Assembly (NCBI GenBank): GCA_024626585.2 | Contig: JANKJI020000004.1 | Location: 1,433,514-1,450,127 of the forward strand | DNA: 16,614 bases | From: Ginkgo biloba | Taxonomy: Eukaryota; Plantae; Ginkgophyta | Reading direction: 5' to 3' | In this document: positions 1 to 9,259 of the stretch, in pieces | Numbering within the stretch: the first letter of the stretch is position 1 | How the letters are laid out: each line of letters begins with the position of its first letter | Notes under the pieces: model-generated | Told to the model about the DNA's origin: nothing | The model's database searches: none | What the model saw: the letters and a program-made list of their open reading frames with translations, nothing else | Program-made: the position numbers and the translations under genes

Positions 1-506
1 CAAGTTGTTAGATATTCTAGTTTTTAAATCTTAGACTACTTTAGCTTCCAATTCTTGAAGGGATACATCAAAGTGATTGAGCTTAAGAAGCCATTAAGCC
101 CTTTCAATGTTTTCAGTGAAAGTTTTGGACTGAGCTCTCTTGAGAGTGGCCATTTTTTTTATCATAACCTCTAATCCAATTCACCATATTCTATTGATGG
201 TTGTTTCCCACCATAACACCTAATCGATTTCTTCTCTAGGTTATGGAACCAAATTCCAAACCTTGTGGACTCCTGCATGGAATGCCTTATCTTTAAGATG
301 AGAAACATTAAGCTTAAAAATTAAATTTTTCAGACGATCCCAAGTGAAACCCAAGTAGTGACTAAATTAGGGTAATGGTATGAAAATGTAGCAGTGGTAC
401 GGGTTTTAAAAAATTCAGATGGATAATCAAGCATGCCATCATTAGACCAATAACATCTATATAATAATTATTATTATTGGGACCTTGGAGAACAAAAGAT
501 TACTAT
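1..506 (-). mobile_element. Degenerate non-LTR retrotransposon (L1/Tx1-like LINE) ORF2: end of the APE endonuclease domain plus linker
   Basis: Manual minus-strand translation gives three motifs in canonical LINE order: LYRCYWSN (~464-441; cf. RLDRFY.S), TFSYHYP (~389-369; cf. SDH.P) and FKLNVSHLKDKAFHAGVHKVWNLVP (~319-245; cf. (F/W)KLN.S.L.D..F...V...W). Stops and indels are present. Confidence 0.7.
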
Positions 507-796
507 NNNNNNNNNNNNNNNNNNNNNNNNNNNNNNNNNNNNNNNGTCAAAATTATATGCATAAGTCTAATGGAAAAATATACATTTGTTAAACGAATGC
601 CCTTAGTGGATTATGGTGGTAAGGCGTAGGTGAAAGTGCAATGACTATGGGATGAGTACCATACTCGTTCTGACTATTTTCTCAATGAAGTAAGCTTTGA
701 ATAATGCCTACACTTCCAAAAAGAGCCATCTTTATATAGTCAAGTAGATAATTTTCAATATTCCATATTNNNNNNNNNNNNNNNNNNNNNNNNNNN

Positions 797-1620
797 GGGT
801 TGCTCTTGAATATATTGATCATTCAACCATCAAGAAATGTCTACATATTCATTTATAGATTTCCTCAAGAAATTCGAAGTAATACAACCTACACAAGAGA
901 CCGTCGTGAGGGAAGATACAAACTGCAAAATCAAGGAAATAAATGACCAACTAATAGAAAAGGGATCCTTTACAAAAGGAAAAATTGAGCAATCATCAGA
1001 GCCGAAAGACCATGTAGAGAAATATTCCATTGAATCTAATATACATGAAATTGAACAAGAAGTAGGTCGTAGAATAAATAATTAATACGTTGAGCCAAAT
1101 GTGCAAGCGCACCAAGAAAAATATGAAATTCTTGGTAATAGTTAGCCTATGACCTTGATAAATGATAGAGAAGAAAACCAAGATTATAGTGACACAATCA
1201 ACAATATGTGACAATCAACCTTCAATTCAAAGGGTAAAATTAGAAAGAAACAAGATAATTTTAAGACGTAATAATTAAGATACATTGAGAGCAAATAATT
1301 AGGTTGAACATGAAGTAAAAATCAAAACAAAATACAAGAATAAATTAGGATGTGACATGATAAAAAGATCCAAATATTCATCCAATTTTGATAATAATTG
1401 CAACATAAACAACACACCCAAGGATTGAAAACATTTATTTTTATAAGTATCTTAATAATACAAGGATGAACATTGTGTTGTAGTTGAAGAAAATAACTTA
1501 CATTAATTGAATAAAAATAACACTCTCATTTTAAGGATATGTCCCTAGATCAAATGGAAAATTTCATGGGAATATGTAAGAAAGCACCCAATATTGTAAG
1601 AAAATAATTCTAACTACCTT
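797..1620 (+). mobile_element. Highly degenerate Ty1/copia pol remnant (integrase-RT linker and RT start)
   Basis: A Glu/Lys-rich spacer (ORF 837-1085) is followed by HP..II (~1378-1400; cf. KNHPxxQIIG), KDEHCVVVEE at 1462-1491 (cf. KDEHWxxAMEEEL), IE*..NT (~1506-1524; cf. IEKNxTW) and IVR..S (~1593-1611; cf. IVRNKARL). There are many frameshifts. Confidence 0.5.
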
Positions 1621-2399
1621 ATATGAATATGAAGTTAGCGACGGAGTCAGTCTTCAAGATATATCTTACCATTGAATGGTAACAACCTTTGAGAATAATA
1701 GTACTGGTGCATCAAACTCCAATCTCTATACATAGTTATAATACTCATTATCATTAATAATATAGATGAGTAGTCACATCAAATAAGTATCTAATCATAG
1801 TAACCTTAGGCTTCCTATATAACTCTTATTCTTATAATCTAAATCATCATATTTAATTCATATATTCCATTATATATTTTATTCTTTAAATATCTCTTTA
1901 TAGTAGNNNNNNNNNNNNNNNNNNNNNNNNNNNNNNNNNNNNNNNNNNNNNNNNNNNNNNNNNNNNNNNNNNNNNNNNNNNNNNNNNNNNNNNNNNNNNN
2001 NNNNNNTATTCTAATAAAATTCTGTTGCGTATTTTGAATTTTAGTGGGTAAACATCTCATAATTTTGTCAAAAATCAAAGGTTCTTAACATGTCTCATTA
2101 AGACTGTGGTTACTCATTGAAGTTAGGTCATAATATATGGAAGCTGACTGAGTAAACATCAGTGCATAACAAAGGCAGATGATGAAATTTGGAAAATATT
2201 AATACAGTACAAAGGGAAATAAACCATAATACTTGCATATCTTTCCTTTTTGGATTCTTGTTTTTCAGTAGCATAGTCAGAAGAGTGACATTTTTGTCTG
2301 CGATTAGCATAGAAAATATGTCTATGTTGTGTTGGATGTAATGACACTGCATTTGATTGCGCTTTGAAACTAAGAAGACTACGATTTGAAATGATTCAG

Positions 2400-2594
2400 G
2401 TTGAAGTGCTTTTGAAGTTTGAAGAAATTTGCGTGGAATTAGGAAAGGAGTTTGCACCAATATGTTCAAAGATTTTGGAAGCCTTTTATGACAAGGACAT
2501 TGTATTAGAAAATGTTATTATACCGTGGGCAAGTGAGAAATAAGAAGCAGATGAGGGAGACAAAGTCTTTGTCAAGCAACAAGAAGTTATCCAA
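2400..2594 (+). pseudogene. Fragment of translation initiation factor eIF2B epsilon subunit, C-terminal W2 (eIF4G/eIF5/eIF2B-epsilon) domain, with one in-frame stop
   Basis: Translation from 2400: VEVLLKFEEICVELGKEFAPICSKILEAFYDKDIVLENVIIPWASEK*EADEGDKVFVKQQEVIQ. This closely resembles the plant eIF2B-epsilon C-terminus as I recall it (IEVILKFEEMC.ES.KEFAPLF..IL..LYDKD.L.EDAIL.W..EK.GADE.DKVF.KQ...FIQWL). TAA lies at 2541-2543. It is preceded by T-rich intron-like sequence and a possible acceptor, ttcag|GTT, at 2395-2402. Confidence 0.85.
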
Positions 2595-2603
2595 TATTCC
2601 AAG

Positions 2604-3077
2604 ATGAATATTCTTCCAAAGAATTTGACTCATAAACTCGGGAACTATGTGATTCCAATGGACATGGGTGTGAAAGTTGTTTATGGTTCAGTTAATGATG
2701 ATTATGAACTAGGAGAAGAAGTCAGAATAAGATCGGATGGTATAGTTTGGACCTCTACTCCTAAAAATAAGGGAGATGTACTTTGTTGCAAGTCGTTACA
2801 GAAAGCATATAACCAAGAAAGAATAACCAACAAAGTAGAAATAATGTGTAGATTGCCAGGTCACCCTGGTGTGGTAAAGTTGCATGATGTTTATGAAGAA
2901 TCCATGTGTGTACATTTGACAATGAAGCTTGGCAATGGAGTGTCTCTTCTAGATGCAGTGGAGGCAAAAGGGACTTACTCTAAGAACAAAGTTGCCCAAA
3001 TCACAAAAGATATTATTGAGGCCATTGGGTATTTCCATAGCAAAGGTGTAATGCACAGAGATATAAAACATGAGATA
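2604..3077 (+). pseudogene. Truncated, degenerate CDPK-superfamily Ser/Thr kinase (PEPKR/PPCK-like), subdomains I-VIb only; the ORF continues into non-kinase sequence to 3368
   Basis: ORF 2604-3368 contains DDYELGEE, LCCKSL (beta3 Lys at 2790), VEIMCRLPGHPGVVKLHDVYEE, VHLTMKL, GTYS and YFHSKGVMHRDIKHE. This matches the PEPKR/CDPK pattern EVEIM..L.GHP.VV.L..VYEE...HLVMELC.GG.L......G.YSE...CH..GVVHRDIKPEN. No DFG, APE or C-lobe follows, and the glycine loop and alphaC Glu are mutated. Confidence 0.8.
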
Positions 3078-3079
3078 AA

Positions 3080-3720
3080 TTTTGATGAAACTAATAAAGT
3101 ACGAGGGTCGCCAGAGGAGCCCATTTCTTCATCATCACTGAGGATAACTAAACTCAAGGGAATACCATTGGCCAAAAGAATCAGGGGGATTGGGAAAATG
3201 TTGGGAGAAGACCCAAGACCTGGACTGGTAGGCTTATCTCGTCAGATGGCCTCCACGAAGCAGGAGGTAGCCAAAATATATGCTAATGTATGGCTCAAGG
3301 CAAATCAATGCCGAGTTCTACCAAAACATTTGGAAACCTCTTTTCTTTCTGTAAAATCCAACAGCTAACTCTTGAGAGGCCCTGATATACATCTCTTTTG
3401 GTTGGAGGCATACGAGGAACAAAGAGAAATGAATCCGGTTGAGGAGAATTCACATTGGAACCATACTCTTGGGCTTGTACTGGTCACTCCGAGGTTCTAT
3501 GTTTTGAACGGCCACGGCGATTCAAAACACAAAGCCATTCGCTGCAAACGCAACCACAGTCGCACCACACCAAGCGATGCCACGAATTTGTTGTAGCCAT
3601 TGCTCGTCGGCAATAGGAAATAAATCGTTGTGCCCAGACACCAACAAAATATACACGGGCATAGCAAAGATAAATTAAGCGATAACAAAAAAATTATTAA
3701 CAATAATAGTAATAAATAAA
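3080..3720 (-). mobile_element. CpG-rich foreign insert truncating the kinase; possibly the 3' tail of a non-LTR retroelement in antisense orientation
   Basis: Kinase homology is lost abruptly at ~3078-3110, with a jump in GC and CpG content (about 14 CpGs in 3480-3690 against a CpG-poor background). The minus strand ends ...ggcgaccctcgtactttattagtttcATCAAAA at 3080, resembling short A-tailed plant LINE 3' ends. No TSD was confirmed. Confidence 0.35.
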
Positions 3721-3988
3721 ATAAAATATAAAAATTAGTATTAGATCTTTTACAATTTTGGTCATATTATATCCATGTGACCTTAGATAAAATATCTTAA
3801 GATTAATTTGAAAGAGATTCAAGTACACAGGGAAAAGATGAAAGACAATTGTATCGTCGAAGTTATAACAATGGTATATTAAATATATNNNNNNNNNNNN
3901 NNNNNNNNNNNNNNNNNNNNNNNNNNNNNNNNNNNNNNNNNNNNNNNNNNNNNNNNNNNNNNNNNNNNNNNNNNNNNNNNNNNNNNNN

Positions 3989-5091
3989 CTTCCATGGAGG
4001 ATGGCCAACAATTATGAAGTGGCAAGCTAGCGGCTACTTGATAATTGTTCTTTGAAGACTAGTCAGAGATGACAAATGTAAACACTAGTAATAAGGACCC
4101 AGCAATTGTATTTATTTTTGTATGACCAAGACCTTGATTATAGTAGAAATAATGACTTTTGGAAGATTGACTACAATAGAAATCATTTTGGAGATGCACA
4201 ACTCGGATCAACAACATTACACACCTTGGAGTTTTCTTATCTTGGTTCCCTTTGGAGCTAAGGTTTTTCTTCAAGGAAAGAATGCATCAACAACTTCATT
4301 ATCACAGTAACGAAAAAAAGTGACAACTCACCCACAAATTGAAGAGCTTAAAGGATCGTCTGGATTGTGAATAAAAAATATAAGCTTTTAGAGAAGTGGT
4401 TGGAGGCAAAATGGATGCCTTCTCCTATGGAATTGGGTTGTAGTAGGGAGTAGAGAGCAATATGGATGCCTCTTTCTTGATGTGGATGATGCATTGATAT
4501 TGGCATAGCCAATGTGATGGATTGCACGATAGACGAAGGGAATCTTCACAAAAAATTATGTGTCCAGTGTGGCGACCTACAAGACTGGTAGATGTTGTGG
4601 CCGGTTACCCAAGTAACCCGATAGATGGCGATACATCATGGAGATGTTCCTGACTTCAATGAATGCAAATACTAAGGTGGTTTACCCAGACACTTTGACG
4701 AAAGATGAAGGAAGGGACACATACTATTTTGCACTCATTTGTCTCAGGATGAGACAAAAGTTTAGGCATGGAGGAATGTTGGATGACTTAATGTCATAAC
4801 ATCATGTAATTGTCACTTTGTCTTATATTATCATGTAATGGGTAATTAGGTGTGGATGGCAGTTGGGTTGTTCAACCACCTCTGCCACCTATATATGTGT
4901 ATATGTTGTTGTTCAAAAGGGGAGGAGAGAACATATATCTGATGTAATGCTTGGGACAATCCCAAGTTCTCAGGACTACCCCTCATCTTAACGAAGCTCT
5001 TGGATTCTCCTATATAATTCCATGCATATCCCTATTCATATGTATCTGCTTGAGCATAATGTTCATCTCACGTTGGTAGCATTCCATACCA
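3989..5091 (+). mobile_element. 3' end of an LTR retrotransposon (probably Ty3/gypsy): internal 3' region, polypurine tract and 3' LTR
   Basis: A purine-rich tract, aggcatggaggaa (4764-4776), is followed directly by TGTTGG at 4777. A TATA-like cctatatat lies at ~4888-4896, and a plausible LTR end ...attccataCCA at 5091. The upstream gatgagacaaaagttt resembles the GAGGACAA..TTT gypsy pre-PPT signature. Confidence 0.55.
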
Positions 5092-5440
5092 ATAGGTATG
5101 GATGAAGTTGAGGATTCATTAAATATAAGATGGTAGATATGGTTATGGTGTATTTTTACCATTTATTTTTAGATAGTTATGTATTTATTCTCTAAAATTA
5201 TTGTTACTCCCTCTTCTCCACATGGTAATTTTAAAAATAGAGGTTTAATATGTTAGGTTTTATTTTTTGAAGAACCGTCATGATCACTATCTATTTTCTA
5301 TTCATTTTTAAAGAAAAATAAGCTACTTTCATTCCAGATTATTTTTCGTTATTTTTGTGCAAGGTGATCGATTATAAAAAAGCCAAAAAACAAGATAGTG
5401 CATGCTTGCACCCTTTATATTATAATGAACCTTCAAATAT

Positions 5441-5755
5441 TACACCATTGCTAACTTTGGCTCATTTTCCAATAGGAATTTTTTGTATGCATCATTGGAG
5501 ATTTCTTAAAGTAATTTTGGCCTTGAAGCTTGTGATAGTGGAATATTATTGTCTTTCACTCATTTTCCAACAAGATATTTTTGTATGTCAGAGTACTTAA
5601 ACTTGTTTAGAGATCTCTAAGAGAGATTTTATTTTTGAAGCTTGGGCTTATGCACTATCACTACTTTTGGCTCACTTCTAATATATTATTTTATATGTTA
5701 GAGAGTTCTTGAACTTAGTTGGACATTTCTTAGAGAGACTTGTTTTGAATCATGC
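5441..5755. repeat. Degenerate tandem repeat, three copies of ~100-110 bp
   Basis: A shared core, ctcattttccaa (5461 and ~5559) / ctcacttctaa (5671), is followed each time by ttttt(g/a)tatg, then ag(a)gat(t/c)tct-like sequence and ttgaa(g/t)c. Confidence 0.65.
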
Positions 5756-7454
5756 TTTTTGTGGGGACCGAAAGTAACTTCCACCAAATTCTCGGTAGGT
5801 TTTCAACACGATCGATTCTTCTTCTTTTGACTATTGGAATTTTGAGTAAGTTTCTTTTTAAGTGAGTCATTGGATGAGAAAATGAGCTTCACAAGTTCAA
5901 GTCCTTTTTGAAAAAATTCTACTTTTAGCTTGTGTGAAGTTGCAAAATGTGACATCTTATCTTGAGATGTTTTTGTGGTCTAATTTGATGATGTTTCGGT
6001 CGAGAAGCTTTGGTTCTTTCAATAAGCTAATTTGATGTACCTTCGTATATACAATGCTTATGTATCATAATATGGCTATTACATAGTAGTTTCTAGAGTC
6101 ATTTGTTTTCAAAACTCATTTTGTGGCTATTGAGAATATTTACTTAGTCTAAGGCTAGGGTGGCACTTTAAGAGCAATGATTATATATCATTCAACCAAA
6201 TATAAGATAGAGAAAATGAATAATATCTTTATCTCTAATGTTTATTATAAGATAATGTAACTTAAAGATGACATGGCATTTATGTTTAATGACAATGCAT
6301 ATTTGAAGAGCACATGGTGGTTAATATTTAACCTCCTTGTAGTTACAATTAAGTAACATGTTTATGAGAAAAAATGATTATGTGTTCATGTATTGAATAT
6401 GATAAATAATTTTTCATATAGACCTATGTTATACTACATTATTAAATATATTTTCTTAAATTTTATTGATTTCAAACCTTAGATCCTCTATCATAGGGTC
6501 TAGTGATAAGAGAGTAGTCCTTAGGGATAAAACATGTATATGCATACAATAGTATCTAACGCAACAAGTTCAAGTCGTCACACACTTCCACCTAGTACTT
6601 CTACTTTGAAACAATAGCAATTAGGAGCAACACATGCATATATCTCATAATCTAAATCAAAGATATCACATCTTACTATGAAGGCTCCCAAGGCTTCAAT
6701 TCTTTGGTACCTACAACATTCAACCACATATTGTTCATGGGAATCCAATTGGTCATCTATTATTGTTGTAGCATACATAAACACATAGGCTTATAGGTAT
6801 AGTTCTCAATTTAGGTTATAGTAGATGAACCATACAAACCTTATGACATGCCCCAACATAATTCCAATTGAAATCGCATGAGATATTACTCTTAACTTAC
6901 AATTCAAACACAATTGATGAGAACAAACACAATTTGACATAGAATCTAATGCATGTATCAAGTCCACTAATGGGATTCCAACCAACATTCAACAAATTTA
7001 TATGCCCGAAGTGGTAGTTCTAGTTGTTACACAACTAGGGGTGAAATTGCCTATTCACCAACAAGACATCCAAAAGAAAAGGAATCGCACCTCAAGGGTT
7101 GGTTATAAGTGCAGTACAAGAGGTAATAAGCATCATCATAGGGTATTATAAAGTCATCAAACAAAGAAGTAGATAATACCCTAAGCATTTTTATAATCCC
7201 AAAGAACTTAATCATTCACAATCCTTAACTTATACATTTAACCTCAAGGAAAAACCTTAGAGGAAAATTGCAATGTCCTACCTTAGGTAAATATATGTTG
7301 GATAATAATGTTTTCTTTTACTTCCTTCAATCAATAGAGAAAAAAAATATCAATCACTTTTTGTGGAGCATGATTGGATCTTATCTCAACTCTAGGCCCC
7401 CACCTTCCTTGGTAGGTGCCTACGATACACTTCATAGGGCAAGGCACATATACC

Positions 7455-7960
7455 TTTGAGATTTACATGGATCATAAACCATTTTTTAGTATTCCACTTA
7501 AAATGGAACTCTTATCAATATAGTAATGACCCATGGTTTTCAAAGAACATCAACCCAAGCTGATAAATCCCATATAAAATGAAAATGTGGTGGTTAACAT
7601 TTTGTCAATGATACTTGAGATTAAACAAGCCACCATATTAAAGGGATCCTATAAGATAAAAACAAAGAATCATAAAATCTAAACTATTGGTTCAAATAGT
7701 AAATCAAGGGTTGGGACAGATAGAACATCTTCTAACTTCTTCATACAAGAAGACTATCTTTTATATAAATGAAGGATAATGATTACATACATAACTAATT
7801 TCAAGTATAAAACATTACAAGAATTTCATGACAACCAATTTACTACTCACATGGGAAGAGATAAAACATATAGAAATATAAATGTGGTCAATTGGAATAA
7901 CATGTAACAGTAAGTTATCGACTATATAAGGACTCGTGATAGCAATAACTTAGACAATAA
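7455..7960 (+). mobile_element. Degenerate Ty3/gypsy pol fragment: RNase H C-terminus to integrase HHCC zinc finger
   Basis: FEIYMDHKP at 7455 (cf. F.IYTDHK.L); ENVVVNILS at ~7581 (cf. ENVVADALSR); LQEFHDNQFTTHMGRDKTYRNI..NWNNM*Q*VIDYIRTRDS at 7815-7943 (cf. L.E.HD....GH.G..KTY......W..M...V..YV..C..C). Confidence 0.8.
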
Positions 7961-8530
7961 TGTATCCTTAGTGATAGAATCCCTCAAATATGCAGAATCA
8001 AATAAAAACTCCAAGAATACTCAAGAATTATGTTATTTTTGGTTATCTAATATGAATAAGTGGCTTGGGCTACTCTTGGTGACTCTAGCATTCTCTATCT
8101 TATACAAATACAATTTAACCTCCACCATATGAATTCTAAAAGTAAGCACAAGATTTATGAAAAATAATATATGCAAAAGAATCTAAGGAAGCAAGAAAAT
8201 AGAACAAGATCTTGGATGAAATAAGAGAAATTGTATTAAGCCAAGATCAAGAGCTTAAGAATACAATATAAAAGTCACGTGTAAGAATACATATGCATGG
8301 ATATCAATCGAGTCAAAGGAAGGTTAACATACAACCAAATAAAATCATGCATGCCACTATTGATTAAAATTCATTCAAACTAAAATAACATAGAGAGAGA
8401 TGTCTATTTATAGGCTTACGTCATATAAATAATATCATAATCCAACGTGGTAAGAGGTAGAGAAATCATGACTATGGTAAAAACTTGACATAGAACCAAA
8501 CATAGAAGAACACAATTCACATTTTAAAAT
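7961..8530 (-). mobile_element. Possible LTR fragment in antisense orientation, interrupting the gypsy fragment
   Basis: Gypsy homology stops at a TG (7961; CA on the minus strand). ctatttatagg at 8404-8414 reads cctataaatag on the minus strand, the usual plant LTR TATA motif. The right boundary is uncertain. Confidence 0.35.
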
Positions 8531-9182
8531 AAGTTCTTAAAAGCTTATTTGACAACTATTCAATTTTGACATTCGTTAGAATTTGATATAATGTAGATGA
8601 GATATTTTGCTTAGTATAGATACACCTTGTTTTTTTGCACATACTAGCTATTTGTCATTATTCTGAGTGGAGACATGCCACACTATTGCCATACATTTTT
8701 TTTAGTAGCCACATAACTCTTTTATAATCTTTTTTTTGTCTGTAATTAATTAATGCAATCTAACTTCATTTCAACACACACACACAAGTTAAAAATGGCT
8801 TTTGAATGCAATATTTGAATTTTTAACAAAAATGTTATTTCATTTCAGCATTAATTACTTAATTTAATGAGGTGCACACGTCGACAAAGAAGCAACAACT
8901 TATCCTAACCATGTGTATATTGAATGGAATCGGAGCATGTACCTTTCAGCCATGAAAATATCATGGCAGCTGCAGTACCGAAATATTAGTAATCTATGGA
9001 GTATTCAGGCTACGAGAATTCAGAGATTTTATGTAAGTATAAGTGCTGCAAAAAGAAGAAACCATTGGGAATTTATATTTAANNNNNNNNNNNNNNNNNN
9101 NNNNNNNNNNNNNNNNNNNNNNNNNNNNNNNNNNNNNNNNNNNNNNNNNNNNNNNNNNNNNNNNNNNNNNNNNNNNNNNNNN

Positions 9183-9195
9183 ACACACACACATA

Positions 9196-9228
<33 letters not shown>
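9183..9228. repeat. Compound inverted microsatellite (AC)n-(GT)15
   Basis: acacacacacatacac|gtgtgt...: the AC run at 9183-9198 abuts a gap, and (GT)15 spans 9199-9228. Confidence 0.95.
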
Positions 9229-9232
<4 letters not shown>

Positions 9233-9259
9233 TATATTGCACGCGTGTGTGTAATTCCT

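Noticed and set aside
2139-2222. TKADDEIWKILIQYKGK as the preceding eIF2B-epsilon exon
   Set aside because: The similarity is vague, the peptide is bounded by stops, and there is no suitable splice donor.
2604-3368. Calling the 254-aa ORF a functional CDPK/PEPKR gene
   Set aside because: It has no DFG, APE, C-lobe or EF-hands, the glycine loop and alphaC Glu are mutated, and the last ~95 aa are unrelated to kinases.
3780-3888. Kinase resuming after the insert (agataaa as a TSD, then an NIL triplet)
   Set aside because: Joining at the putative TSD does not give kinase sequence and no DFG follows. This is a short AT-rich chance match.
5441-5755. CRISPR-like array
   Set aside because: The units are diverged along their whole length, with no identical repeat / unique spacer structure, and the context is eukaryotic.
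6550-7450. Short minus-strand ORFs and a hairpin, ctagttgt-tac-acaactag (7020-7038)
   Set aside because: No recognisable domain is present. It is probably non-coding TE sequence, and one 8-bp stem is not enough to call a feature.
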